Origin: Planctomycetota bacterium
GTDB taxonomy: Bacteria; Planctomycetota; GCA-002687715; DRQF01
NCBI GenBank assembly: GCA_027001995.1
Contig: JALTLO010000045.1
Coordinates: forward strand, 1 to 23,307
DNA: 23,307 nucleotides
Direction: 5' to 3'
Translations under genes and position numbers: made by a program
The notes under the pieces: generated by a model
Told to the model about the DNA's origin: nothing
What the model saw: the letters and a program-made list of their open reading frames with translations, nothing else
The model's database searches: none
Shown here: piece after piece, positions 1 through 8,750 of the stretch
How the letters are laid out: the number at the start of each line of letters is the position of its first letter
Position numbering within the stretch: the stretch's first letter is position 1

Positions 1-646
1 GAAGAAAATAGGGCATCACGGTCATGGGAACCGGGAAGCCGAATTCCGCATGTTTGCGCTTTGAGAATTCGCTCATGGCAATGAAGGTGTCGACGTGCTT
101 GAGCTCGCGTTCTAAGTATCCTGTGCGACGCCAAAGCTGAGGCGGTCGGCCATAGCTCAGGACACAACTCAAGCATTGTTTCTCGTCGCAGCGCTCTCGG
201 CCGAGACGCCACAAAACGTGGCTTTCGCAGATAAGCCAGTGTTCGTGGGCCATGTAAATCTTGGTGGCGTCGCCGAATTTCAAAATCCCGGGACCACCAA
301 TGAGAGAGATGTTGTGAAAGTTGATGACGTCGAATTTGCCGTCTTGGATGATTTTCCGAATCTCTTTGCCATGAACCAATGGGCGGCCACTTTGATGAGT
401 CAAAAGGTTGGCAAGCGTACCAAACCGTGAGCGCAGAGAGATCACTTCTAAGCCAAGGGGTTCTGGGGACGACTCTTGGGGTTCTTTCTTGGCTAACGAC
501 AAATAAGCATCGGCGTCGTGGACCACGGTGACTTGGTGGCCGGCCTTGACGAGTCCTCGAGATAGTCTCTGAATGCCGATGCCATCGCCACCAAAGTTAT
601 AGGGTGGGTAGAATGTTGTGAGCATGAGGAAGCGCAGAGGTTTCAT
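1..646 (-). CDS. Glycosyltransferase family 4 protein, partial (3' end runs off the left edge of the window)
   Basis: Not in the ORF track because it has no stop in the window. Manual translation from ATG at 646 gives MKPLRFLMLTTFYPPYNFGGDGIGIQRLSRGLVKAGHQVTVVHD...DVINFHNISLIG...MAHEHWLIC...VDTFIAMSEFSKRKH, a typical GT-B/GT4 N-terminal domain. The start overlaps the upstream stop (ATGA at 643-646). Confidence 0.85.
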   Translation of the reverse strand, partial: MKPLRFLMLTTFYPPYNFGGDGIGIQRLSRGLVKAGHQVTVVHDADAYLSLAKKEPQESSPEPLGLEVISLRSRFGTLANLLTHQSGRPLVHGKEIRKIIQDGKFDVINFHNISLIGGPGILKFGDATKIYMAHEHWLICESHVLWRLGRERCDEKQCLSCVLSYGRPPQLWRRTGYLERELKHVDTFIAMSEFSKRKHAEFGFPVPMTVMPYFL

Positions 647-1821
647 CGGGCGGCTTCCTCCAAATAGCTCAGGGTTTTCTTGACAGAACTGGCCCAAGTC
701 AGCTTGCGAACTTGCGATAAAGCTGTTTTCGCGCATGTTTTTCTGGTGGCCTCATTGGTGGCCATCAAGGTGAGTGCTTCTCGTAGTTCCTCAGATTTGT
801 TGGGCGCTATGAAGACGCCACCGCCGGCCAATAATCCGGGCATGGGGCTTTCTTGGGTAACGATCACCGCCGCGCCACATGCGGCACCTTCGACCGCAGG
901 AAGCCCAAACCCTTCGCAAGTGGATGGCAGTGTGACAGCCAAAGAATGACTGAGAAGTGCAGCCAAGTTGTTGTCATCAACGAATCCTGTCCAGATCACA
1001 TCGTCTTGGATGTTCAACTCATTGATCAATGCCCGCAAAGGGGCTTGGTCGCCAAAAAAGACGTCTTTGTCATGAGAGCCAACCAACAGCAGTTTTGCTT
1101 TGTGGCCTGTGTCTTTCTTGGATTGAGCGAAACACTTGATCAAACGGTTGACGTTTTTGTGGGGATTAAAACCACCCACATAGACAAACCAGGAGTCGTT
1201 GAGGGTGAGCCCAAGGGGCTCGCTTGCAGATCGAATTTCTGCCTCTGTTCGAGGATGAAAAACATCGGCAGGTACAATGGGGGCCACGCGTATTTTGTTC
1301 TTCGGGATCCCCAAGACATGTTCCAAATCGTGAGCAGCGTAGTCCGAAGTGGTTGTATAGAGTTTGGCCTGTCGAATTGCCAGTTTGACTTTGATATTCC
1401 AGAAGAGTTGGGCTCTTTTGTTGCCGAAACAGAGTTCTGGGTAGCGCTCAGCGATGGCGTCGTGAATGTTGAGAAGGACCTTTTGCGACTTTTTGATGGG
1501 GAACCAACTGTAGACTGTGGGGAAGTAGAGGATGTCGCAAGGATTGTTTGATACGGCGTTTCTCAGCCGCCACATGTCTTGGATGGAGCGGGACGATTCT
1601 GCCCCAGCAGCCTCCGTGGGAACCTCGGAAAGGGGCACGGCGATCACTTCCACCCGGTCTTTTAGATGATCAAGGAGGTGAGCGTTCGCAGCTTCAATAT
1701 AAAGTTTGAAGCGATGCTCGGAGGGCGTCTCAATGAGGGAGGTCGACTGATCTCTGGTGAAGCGGCCATAACCCCGTCCATTGGCCCACGAAGTGGCATC
1801 GATCCCGATGGTCAATGTCAT
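643..1821 (-). CDS. Glycosyltransferase family 4 (Glycos_transf_1) protein
   Basis: 392 aa. N-terminal IGIDAT...GYGRFT, YVGGFNPHKN, and the GT4 EX7E motif EGFGLPAVEGAACG. ATGA overlaps with both neighbours. Confidence 0.92.
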   Translation of the reverse strand: MTLTIGIDATSWANGRGYGRFTRDQSTSLIETPSEHRFKLYIEAANAHLLDHLKDRVEVIAVPLSEVPTEAAGAESSRSIQDMWRLRNAVSNNPCDILYFPTVYSWFPIKKSQKVLLNIHDAIAERYPELCFGNKRAQLFWNIKVKLAIRQAKLYTTTSDYAAHDLEHVLGIPKNKIRVAPIVPADVFHPRTEAEIRSASEPLGLTLNDSWFVYVGGFNPHKNVNRLIKCFAQSKKDTGHKAKLLLVGSHDKDVFFGDQAPLRALINELNIQDDVIWTGFVDDNNLAALLSHSLAVTLPSTCEGFGLPAVEGAACGAAVIVTQESPMPGLLAGGGVFIAPNKSEELREALTLMATNEATRKTCAKTALSQVRKLTWASSVKKTLSYLEEAAR

Positions 1822-3308
1822 GACTCTTGGGGCTCGAGGTTTTCCTCGTCTTCCAATCGTTGTTCTTCGTGGTATTCGTAGTCAGTGTTGACTTCCCAAA
1901 TGTCGTGGTTGGCACCCTGCATATTCCAGATAGCCATCATGGCTGTCAGCATGGAATGGTCTTGGTTGTTGTACTTATGCATGCCGTTGCGGCCAACGGG
2001 GTGGAGGTTGTCAATGGTGTCTAAATAGGTGCGGGTGGCATCCAAATGCCCGCGATAAACCGAATCATAAATGGGATAGGCTTTTTCTTGGCGAATGACA
2101 CAACCATCGAAGACTTTGTCTTGATCCGCCAAGTTGAGTTGGCCAATTTCTCTTGTTGCCAGGGCCACTAAGTCTTCGTCCTTCATAGTCCAAAGGCCAT
2201 CACCTTCGAAGCAGAAGTATTCAAGCCCTAAGCAAGTCTTCCCTTCATCGGGAATCATAGCCTTAGACCAGTTGTTGAAATTCTGTACTCGCCCAACTTT
2301 CACCCCCGGGGTGTGAATGTAGATCCAGTTGTCGGGGAAGATGTCTTCCTGATCGATCATCAAGGCCACCACCAAGAAATCGCGGTAGCGCAATCCTTCG
2401 CCTCCTTCTTTGGCTGCGGCGGTCGTATGATCGCTTAATGAGCGAATAAGGCTACGTACGGGCATGGTGGAGATAACATGGTCGGCTTCAATACGTTCTG
2501 GGCCATTGCGACCATCGACATGAACCGCAATGACCCGGTCATTCTTGACTTCAAGCCTTGTGGCTCGGGTTTCCATGCGGACTTCGTTGCCCATTTCGAC
2601 AATGCGATCGCGACAAGATTCCCACATTTGGCCAGGGCCAAATTTAGGATATTCGAAGGAGTCAATGAGGCTTTTGATCTTCGTTGAGCGTTTGTTCATG
2701 GCGGCAGCATTCAAGATCGCCTTGCCCAAGGAGAGGTTTTGGATTCTCTGGGCTGCCCATTCCGCCCGAATCTCCGTGCAGGCAATGCCCCAGACTTTCT
2801 CCGTGTAGGTCTTGAAGAAGATGTTGTAGAGCCGCTTGCCGAATCGGTTCGACACCCACTGCTCAAAATTCTCTTCCACTGGATAGGGCTTTATTTGCGC
2901 TTTGATGTAGCTGAGGACGATGGCCACAGCATTGAAGATGCCGAGACCTTGGAGAGCGTTCTTTGCCTTCAAGGGGTAGTCAAAAAACTTGCCAAGATAG
3001 TGGATGCGGCTCATTCGGGGCACGCTCATGAAATCGTCATTGAGGATTTCGATCCACAGGTCTTGCACAGGTTTGATTTTGGTGAAAAAGCGATGGCCAC
3101 CAATGTCGAAGCGGTAACCTTTGTAGGTGGCTGTTTTGGAAATGCCACCGACGATGTTGTCGCCTTCCAAGACCGTGACCCGTTGGCCCGCTTTCGCCAA
3201 TTGATATGCCGCTGTGAGTCCAGCCGGACCACCACCAATAACGACTGTGTGGTCGCCTGGTTTGAGCTGCCGCACAGAGCGGCCACTTTCAGAGGTCTTT
3301 TCGGGCAT
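1818..3308 (-). CDS. FAD-dependent oxidoreductase of the UDP-galactopyranose mutase-like / HemY-like fold
   Basis: 496 aa. Rossmann motif VVIGGGPAGLTAA, then GGISKT, FDIGGHRFF, FEYPKFGPGQMWE, AYPIY and C-terminal GRNGMHKYNNQDHSM. Located inside a glycosyltransferase cluster. Confidence 0.85.
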   Translation of the reverse strand: MPEKTSESGRSVRQLKPGDHTVVIGGGPAGLTAAYQLAKAGQRVTVLEGDNIVGGISKTATYKGYRFDIGGHRFFTKIKPVQDLWIEILNDDFMSVPRMSRIHYLGKFFDYPLKAKNALQGLGIFNAVAIVLSYIKAQIKPYPVEENFEQWVSNRFGKRLYNIFFKTYTEKVWGIACTEIRAEWAAQRIQNLSLGKAILNAAAMNKRSTKIKSLIDSFEYPKFGPGQMWESCRDRIVEMGNEVRMETRATRLEVKNDRVIAVHVDGRNGPERIEADHVISTMPVRSLIRSLSDHTTAAAKEGGEGLRYRDFLVVALMIDQEDIFPDNWIYIHTPGVKVGRVQNFNNWSKAMIPDEGKTCLGLEYFCFEGDGLWTMKDEDLVALATREIGQLNLADQDKVFDGCVIRQEKAYPIYDSVYRGHLDATRTYLDTIDNLHPVGRNGMHKYNNQDHSMLTAMMAIWNMQGANHDIWEVNTDYEYHEEQRLEDEENLEPQES

Positions 3309-3420
3309 GGGCCTAAGCTTTCCATGGACTCAAGTGAAATGGCAGTAGGCTTCTATCACGATGAAACAAGCTTCTTACTACGGCGCTGTTCATAACTTGT
3401 CGGCAATTCAGGGACAGCAA

Positions 3421-3444
3421 CGGAAGCCCAACTATCGGCTTCCG
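3421..3444 (-). terminator. Stem-loop just downstream of the metallophosphoesterase stop (weak terminator or processing/stability hairpin)
   Basis: CGGAAGCC-N8-GGCTTCCG, a perfect 8-bp stem 15 nt past the stop at 3460. Only a poor U-tract (TTGCTGT) follows on the minus strand. Confidence 0.35.
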
Positions 3445-3459
3445 GCGGCAAATCTAACA

Positions 3460-4557
3460 TTACTGTGGCAGATTCCCCGATTGGATTTTTATCAAGGTCA
3501 CCTCGGGGGGGCAAAAAAGCCTCAATCTTGGGGCCAAGTCACCTTCAGTGCCGATTCCGGCGCAGACGTTGATCATGTGATCTTCATATTTCTTAAGTCC
3601 TCGGGCATATTCTCGGGGTAATTCGCTCAAAGTGATGAGAGGACCGAATCCTGGAATTACGATTTGGCCACCATGGGTGTGTCCCGCCAAATGAAGGTCG
3701 ACGCCTTGTCCGGTCAGTTCTTTTGTGACATCGGGTACATGGCTGGCAACGACAAGAAGTTGGTTGGCCTTTTTGGGCCCATTCACCAATGAAATGTTAG
3801 GGCGATGAACGTCTAGGCCGACGACTCGAACTTCTCGCCCATCGTCTAAGGCGAATGTTCTTTCGCTGTTGCGCAAGTGGATGATATCCAGGCCAGCGAA
3901 GACTTGGGCTCGTCTTGATTCGTTCTCCGAGTGACCATCAAGAACCACGGTGCCCAGTTTGGGTTTCAGGGCTTTCAAGAAACGCCTTGCGGCCTCAATA
4001 GCTGGACGATCATCTTCGAAGGGGCCTGCGATGTAGTCGCCGGTGAAAATGACCAGGTCGGGTTGGAATTCGTTGACCATGCCAACTGCAATGGATTCAC
4101 GCTCGGTGTAACCTACGGTCTGAAGGTCGGTCACATGGGCGATTCGCAATGGTCGACCACTTTGCCATTGGGACATCAAGAGTTCTTCTTGCCGGGCTTC
4201 TATCTTATCGGTCTCGATGAAAAGGGCGTAGGCAACGGTCAGGAGGGCTAAGATGCTCAGAATAGCGAGTATGTTGTGATGGGCTCCGATTGATCGCCAG
4301 TGCCGGACTGTGTCATAGATGATCAGGGCCGGTATGGTGATGCAATTGCCGTAGAGCAAGAAGGAAACCATGCGAAAGCCGAAATGGAAGTCGTAAAGAA
4401 AACAGCCTGTCACTTCGAACGTCGCCACAACAGCGGACGTCAAGAAGAAGCGCCTCCACGGCGTTTTTCGCATCTGTCGGGTGGCAAACCAACCCATGAG
4501 GGCCGGAGCCAAGGCCATCAAGAAGAAGTAGATTTGTTGTTGGACGTAGGGCAGCAT
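3460..4557 (-). CDS. Membrane-anchored metallophosphoesterase (calcineurin-like, YkuE/YaeI-type)
   Basis: Start moved to ATG 4557 (MLPYVQQQ...) because the longer ORF lies inside the GT2 gene. About 4 N-terminal hydrophobic segments, then RIAHVTDLQ, PDLVIFTGDY, LDGHSE, ASHVPD and LAGHTHGGQI, with C-terminal GIG...RLFCPPEV. Confidence 0.85.
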   Translation of the reverse strand: MLPYVQQQIYFFLMALAPALMGWFATRQMRKTPWRRFFLTSAVVATFEVTGCFLYDFHFGFRMVSFLLYGNCITIPALIIYDTVRHWRSIGAHHNILAILSILALLTVAYALFIETDKIEARQEELLMSQWQSGRPLRIAHVTDLQTVGYTERESIAVGMVNEFQPDLVIFTGDYIAGPFEDDRPAIEAARRFLKALKPKLGTVVLDGHSENESRRAQVFAGLDIIHLRNSERTFALDDGREVRVVGLDVHRPNISLVNGPKKANQLLVVASHVPDVTKELTGQGVDLHLAGHTHGGQIVIPGFGPLITLSELPREYARGLKKYEDHMINVCAGIGTEGDLAPRLRLFCPPEVTLIKIQSGNLPQ

Positions 4558-5327
4558 GAGTTCTTGGTAGCTGTCGTTTCTGTTTTTTGCTCTTCTTCCA
4601 ATTCTTGATACCAGCGGCGGATGGAACCTCCGAATCTGAGCCTGACCAGTCTTGAGAAGAATTCCCAGCAAGTTCCCATACGCACGTGGGACGTACCCCC
4701 GGAGCGCATTTGAGCGAAGACGTTCATCTCTAATACTTGAAGGCCGAGCTTTTGGGCCTTGACCATGAGCTCTGGGTCTAAGAACCATTGCTTGGACTGC
4801 AATTTCATCGTGCGCATGGCGTCTGCAGGGAGGATCTTCGGGCTGCCATTGACGTCAATGGACCCTAAGTTGGGCCACAATAGGAAAACAAACATGTTGT
4901 AAGCCACAGAGATGATCTTGCGCTTCAATCCATCCAAACGAAAACGCCGACGGACCTTGCCGAGCATCTTGCCGTCCGTACTGCGCAGGACAGAGAACAG
5001 CTTGACAACATCTTTGGCATCCACTTGCCCGTCAGCGGGGATGATTCCAATCCACTTGCCCTTGCAGATGGGGATGGCATGAAGAACTCCATTGCCATAG
5101 CCGATATTGACCTCAACGCGGGTGGGCACCACAGGGGCGCCGTCATCGGCAAGCCGTTGCAAGATTTCGCCGGTGCGGTCGGAGGAACCATTGTCAACGC
5201 AGACAAGCTCCAAGGAAATACCGCCAGCGGCAAAAGAGTCGACAAGATCTCTGAGAGTTGGTTCAAGCACCTGCTCTTCATTGTAGCAGGGTACGATCAT
5301 CGACAACTCGGGTTCATCTTGGTTCAC
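4518..5327 (-). CDS. Glycosyltransferase family 2 (DPM-synthase-like / polyprenol-phosphate glycosyltransferase)
   Basis: 269 aa, GTG start. LSMIVPCYNEE, VDNGSSDRT, NIGYGNGV, DGQ (PADGQ, a variant of the DxD region) and WFLDPEL. Overlaps the next gene by 40 nt. Confidence 0.9.
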   Translation of the reverse strand: MNQDEPELSMIVPCYNEEQVLEPTLRDLVDSFAAGGISLELVCVDNGSSDRTGEILQRLADDGAPVVPTRVEVNIGYGNGVLHAIPICKGKWIGIIPADGQVDAKDVVKLFSVLRSTDGKMLGKVRRRFRLDGLKRKIISVAYNMFVFLLWPNLGSIDVNGSPKILPADAMRTMKLQSKQWFLDPELMVKAQKLGLQVLEMNVFAQMRSGGTSHVRMGTCWEFFSRLVRLRFGGSIRRWYQELEEEQKTETTATKNSCCPTSNNKSTSS

Positions 5328-5489
5328 GAAGGGGTCTCTCGGTCCTTTGTTCTTGGTTCTACCTGAGACAGGATAATTGCCCTGTGGGTTTTCACCAGAG
5401 GATTTGGCCAGGATCTTTGCTCAGACGCTTCATTATCGACTGCAAAGACGGAAAGACCTCACTCAAAACCTTGTTGAGATCTGGCAAAA

Positions 5490-6731
5490 CTATCCTTTGA
5501 TGCCATATTTCTTAGCAAGGCGATTGAAGCTCATCCAAGTGATCGCCGTGGCGAAGACCTCTGCTATGAGGATAGAACTTGAGCATCCTCCCAAGCCGAA
5601 ATGGCTGGTCATGGGTATCAATAGGACAACGAGAAGCATCAAGCCCCCTAAAGAACAACGAAACTCCGAAGCTTGATGATTCAAGACGATGAGCCCATTC
5701 ATGGCGCAACGCCTGCAGGCGACGACGGGGAGAAGCCAGGCCAAAAGAACCATAGAGCGAAGGCTCTCGGTGGTGATGTACTCTTGTCCCACAACGAGAC
5801 CAATGAGCAACTTCGAAGCCCATGTAACAGCCAGAGCACCGATCATGCAGGCGAGAACGCTCATCTTCAGAGTCGACCGAATAAGAACCCAGAGTTCTTG
5901 GGGGGCATGAACTGCTGCGGCGCTCATAGCCGGAAAACTATTGGTGAAATACACCCCCAAGAAAGCCAAGAACACCATGATGATCCTATGGCCAGGTTCG
6001 AAGAGGCCTGCGTCGTGGGAACCAAGAGTGCCCAAGACGATGAGAATGGGCAAGTAAGTGCGTAAAGCCCAAATCAGGTTGGAGGCTCCGATGGGAAGGG
6101 CTTCTTTGAATAATTCCCGGTCCCAGCTCGATTTCAGATCAATGGCAAACTCAAAACCTTTCTTGCGATAGGCCTGAACGAAAATGAGAGAAGCGAGGGC
6201 CACACCGCCGATCTCCGCCAAGGGGAGCTTCGTCAGATCATCAGGCCCACGAACCAGCAACAAGACTATGATTAAGAAGACCAGCTGGCGAGTTGCCATG
6301 GGGATGGCGTACCAGAACATCTCATTGTGTCCCTGAAACACCCAATTGAGCAAAAAAGGAGCCCCGAAAAGGGCCAAGCCAAGCCCACGCAGCAAGATGA
6401 CCAAGGTCGGATCCAAGGGCAAAATGGCAGTGGAAAGCCAAATCAAACCGTAGACCCCAGTTGAAAGCCAAACTTGGACTGAGACGATTCGTCGCACAAG
6501 GGAATTGGTGTCTGCTGGGTTTCGTGCGATTCCTCGACTGCCATGAATGCCCAGGCCTTGGTCAATGCTCAGCATGCCAAACATCAAGACCGCCAAGGCC
6601 GAACCATAGAGCCCCATGTCCTCAGGGGCCAAATTGTGCCCCAAATAGGAGAACGCCAAGAAGCTGAAGCCTCGGGTTGCGATTTCGCCACCGCCCAGAA
6701 CGAGTAAATTTGTCAACTTGGGTTTGACCAT
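5490..6731 (-). CDS. Oligosaccharide flippase (Wzx / Polysacc_synt family)
   Basis: 413 aa with about 12 hydrophobic segments, YLGHNLAPEDMGLY, DQGL, WVFQG, GSHDAGLF and FPAMS. First gene of a glycosyltransferase cluster. Confidence 0.85.
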   Translation of the reverse strand: MVKPKLTNLLVLGGGEIATRGFSFLAFSYLGHNLAPEDMGLYGSALAVLMFGMLSIDQGLGIHGSRGIARNPADTNSLVRRIVSVQVWLSTGVYGLIWLSTAILPLDPTLVILLRGLGLALFGAPFLLNWVFQGHNEMFWYAIPMATRQLVFLIIVLLLVRGPDDLTKLPLAEIGGVALASLIFVQAYRKKGFEFAIDLKSSWDRELFKEALPIGASNLIWALRTYLPILIVLGTLGSHDAGLFEPGHRIIMVFLAFLGVYFTNSFPAMSAAAVHAPQELWVLIRSTLKMSVLACMIGALAVTWASKLLIGLVVGQEYITTESLRSMVLLAWLLPVVACRRCAMNGLIVLNHQASEFRCSLGGLMLLVVLLIPMTSHFGLGGCSSSILIAEVFATAITWMSFNRLAKKYGIKG

Positions 6732-6918
6732 TTCGTCCTTTTCGTCTGTCTTCCCGGTAAAACAGCCTGGGAAAACGATGAATTTTCCATCGGCAAGAAT
6801 CTACACCTTCAAGGCCGATAAGGAAATCGGCCTGCTTGTGAGGCTGGGATTCATGTTAAAAAGATGCGTCCAGCGAATTGTAGCTCAATCTCGAATTCTG
6901 CCCCTTTGGGAGCTTGCT

Positions 6919-8730
6919 ATGCGACTTAGCCTGACTGTCCTTGTAATCTTCTTGACCCTTGGTCTTCTGTCTGCCTGCGGCGACAGCGATAAGAAAATGG
7001 GGGAGACAAGTCCAGATAATAATCCAATGCCAGAGCAAGTGGCACCGACCATCAAGGAAGGAGAGCTCCATTTCCTCGGCAAGTACTTCCCCGACACTTT
7101 GCTTAAGAGTATCGATGGCCGGAGTATGATGTGGTCGGAATATGCCCCGGATCAACCCTTGCTGATCGCAATTCGAGATGTGACATGCCCGATTTGTAAG
7201 CGTTATGGCCCCCTTCTTAAGCGTTACGAAAGTGACCTTGGTGTCAAGATGTTGTTTGTCAATCCCATGGGGCATGACGACGTGGAGGCCATGAAGAGCG
7301 AAGTCGAAAACTATGATTTCAAAAGTTTCTACGTCGATGACAGTGAGCAGAGAATTGCTAAGGCTTTGAAAGCCACGAGCACCGCTGAGGTATTTCTATT
7401 CGATAAGAAACGCAAACTTGTTTATCGAGGGGCCATCGATGATCGCCATGGCATTGGTTACGTCTTAGATACACCTCGTCGGAGATACTTGGAGGAGGCT
7501 GTTAAGCTCGTCAAAATGAATCGCCCGGTGAAGGTCCCAAGCACCAGCGCTCCCGGATGTGTCTTAGAGCTTTCCGGCAATGAGAATCCAAAAAATGAAG
7601 TGACATTTTACGACGATGTCAGTCGCATCATGCAGAAGCGCTGTCAACGTTGCCATCGAAAGGGAGAGAATGCTCCTTTTGGATTGGTTTCTTATAAGGA
7701 CGTCAAAGGGCGCAAGGGCATGATCAAATATGTATTGCGCAAGAACCTCATGCCTCCATGGTATGCCTCTGATGAGCATGGTGGGCCGTGGATAGACGAT
7801 TTAAGGATGCCGGAGTCAGAGAAGAAACAAGTCTTAGATTGGATTGCGGCGGATTGTCCTGAGGGCGATCCAAAGAACGCTCCCGCTTCAATTCCCTGGA
7901 CTCAAGGATGGAAGATCGGAACCCCCGACGCCGTTATCAAAGTTCCGAAGAAATTGCGGGTGCCTGCGGAGGGCTTGATTCCCTACCGTTACGTCGTTGT
8001 GGAGACGAACTTTGAGGAAGATAAGTGGATCGAGAGCATGGAACTGCGAGCGGAAGTTCCTCAAGCGATTCACCACATCTTGGTGTTCTACTACAAGAAA
8101 GAGCATGAAAAAGTAAACCCGAAGTTCTTGGGGCATTTGGCGCTCCAAGGCTATTTCGCCATTTTCTCCCCTGGAGTCGAGCCCATTTCTTATCCTGCGG
8201 ATCGAGGAAAGCTTCTCAAGAAAGGGCAAAAATTGCTCTTTCAGGTGCACTACAATGCCATTGGCAAGGAAGTCTGGGATCGACCCAGCATCGGGTTCAA
8301 GTTTCGCAAAGATGCGCCTAAGAACAGCATTCTCTGTAGCGCTGCTTCTACCGACAAAATTCATTTGAAGCCTCATGTGGCGAATCACAAGGTCACTGCT
8401 GAGTTCGTCTTGCCCACCAAGGCAAAAATATTTGGCTATACCCCCCACATGCATGCCCGCGGTTCGAAATTCGCCTTTGACTTGATTTATCCTGACGGAC
8501 GGGAGCAACGTGTCTTATGGGTCCCCAGTTTCAACTTTAACTGGCAACAGTCTTATCGTTTGCGGGATCCTTTTGACGTCCCTGCTGGTACCAAGGTCCG
8601 AGCTACGGGATGGTTTGATAACTCAGAGAATAATCCAGCAAATCCAGACCCGGATCAAGACGTTTACTTTGGCCTCCAGACAATTGATGAAATGATGATT
8701 GGCTATTTCGAATGGATGAAGTTGAAGTAG
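6919..8730 (+). CDS. Lipoprotein: redoxin domain + cytochrome c + copper type II monooxygenase-like domain
   Basis: Start chosen at ATG 6919 after GGGAG. Signal MRLSLTVLVIFLTLGLLSA|C (lipobox). Redoxin motifs CPIC, LVYRGAIDDR and APGC; heme motif CQRCH with MPPW; Cu-type motifs IHH, QVHY, PHMH and DEMM. Confidence 0.85.
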   Translation: MRLSLTVLVIFLTLGLLSACGDSDKKMGETSPDNNPMPEQVAPTIKEGELHFLGKYFPDTLLKSIDGRSMMWSEYAPDQPLLIAIRDVTCPICKRYGPLLKRYESDLGVKMLFVNPMGHDDVEAMKSEVENYDFKSFYVDDSEQRIAKALKATSTAEVFLFDKKRKLVYRGAIDDRHGIGYVLDTPRRRYLEEAVKLVKMNRPVKVPSTSAPGCVLELSGNENPKNEVTFYDDVSRIMQKRCQRCHRKGENAPFGLVSYKDVKGRKGMIKYVLRKNLMPPWYASDEHGGPWIDDLRMPESEKKQVLDWIAADCPEGDPKNAPASIPWTQGWKIGTPDAVIKVPKKLRVPAEGLIPYRYVVVETNFEEDKWIESMELRAEVPQAIHHILVFYYKKEHEKVNPKFLGHLALQGYFAIFSPGVEPISYPADRGKLLKKGQKLLFQVHYNAIGKEVWDRPSIGFKFRKDAPKNSILCSAASTDKIHLKPHVANHKVTAEFVLPTKAKIFGYTPHMHARGSKFAFDLIYPDGREQRVLWVPSFNFNWQQSYRLRDPFDVPAGTKVRATGWFDNSENNPANPDPDQDVYFGLQTIDEMMIGYFEWMKLK

Positions 8731-8750
8731 GGGAGCTGGGAAGAGGCCGT

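Noticed and set aside
176..3621. Plus-strand ORFs opposite the glycan cluster (e.g. 853-1551, 2739-3395)
   Set aside because: They are antisense shadows of well-supported minus-strand genes.
4558..4788. N-terminal extension of the 442-aa ORF; similar extensions at 6718-6918, 9759-9893 and 15467-15538
   Set aside because: They overlap neighbouring genes or precede better starts that have an RBS or signal peptide.
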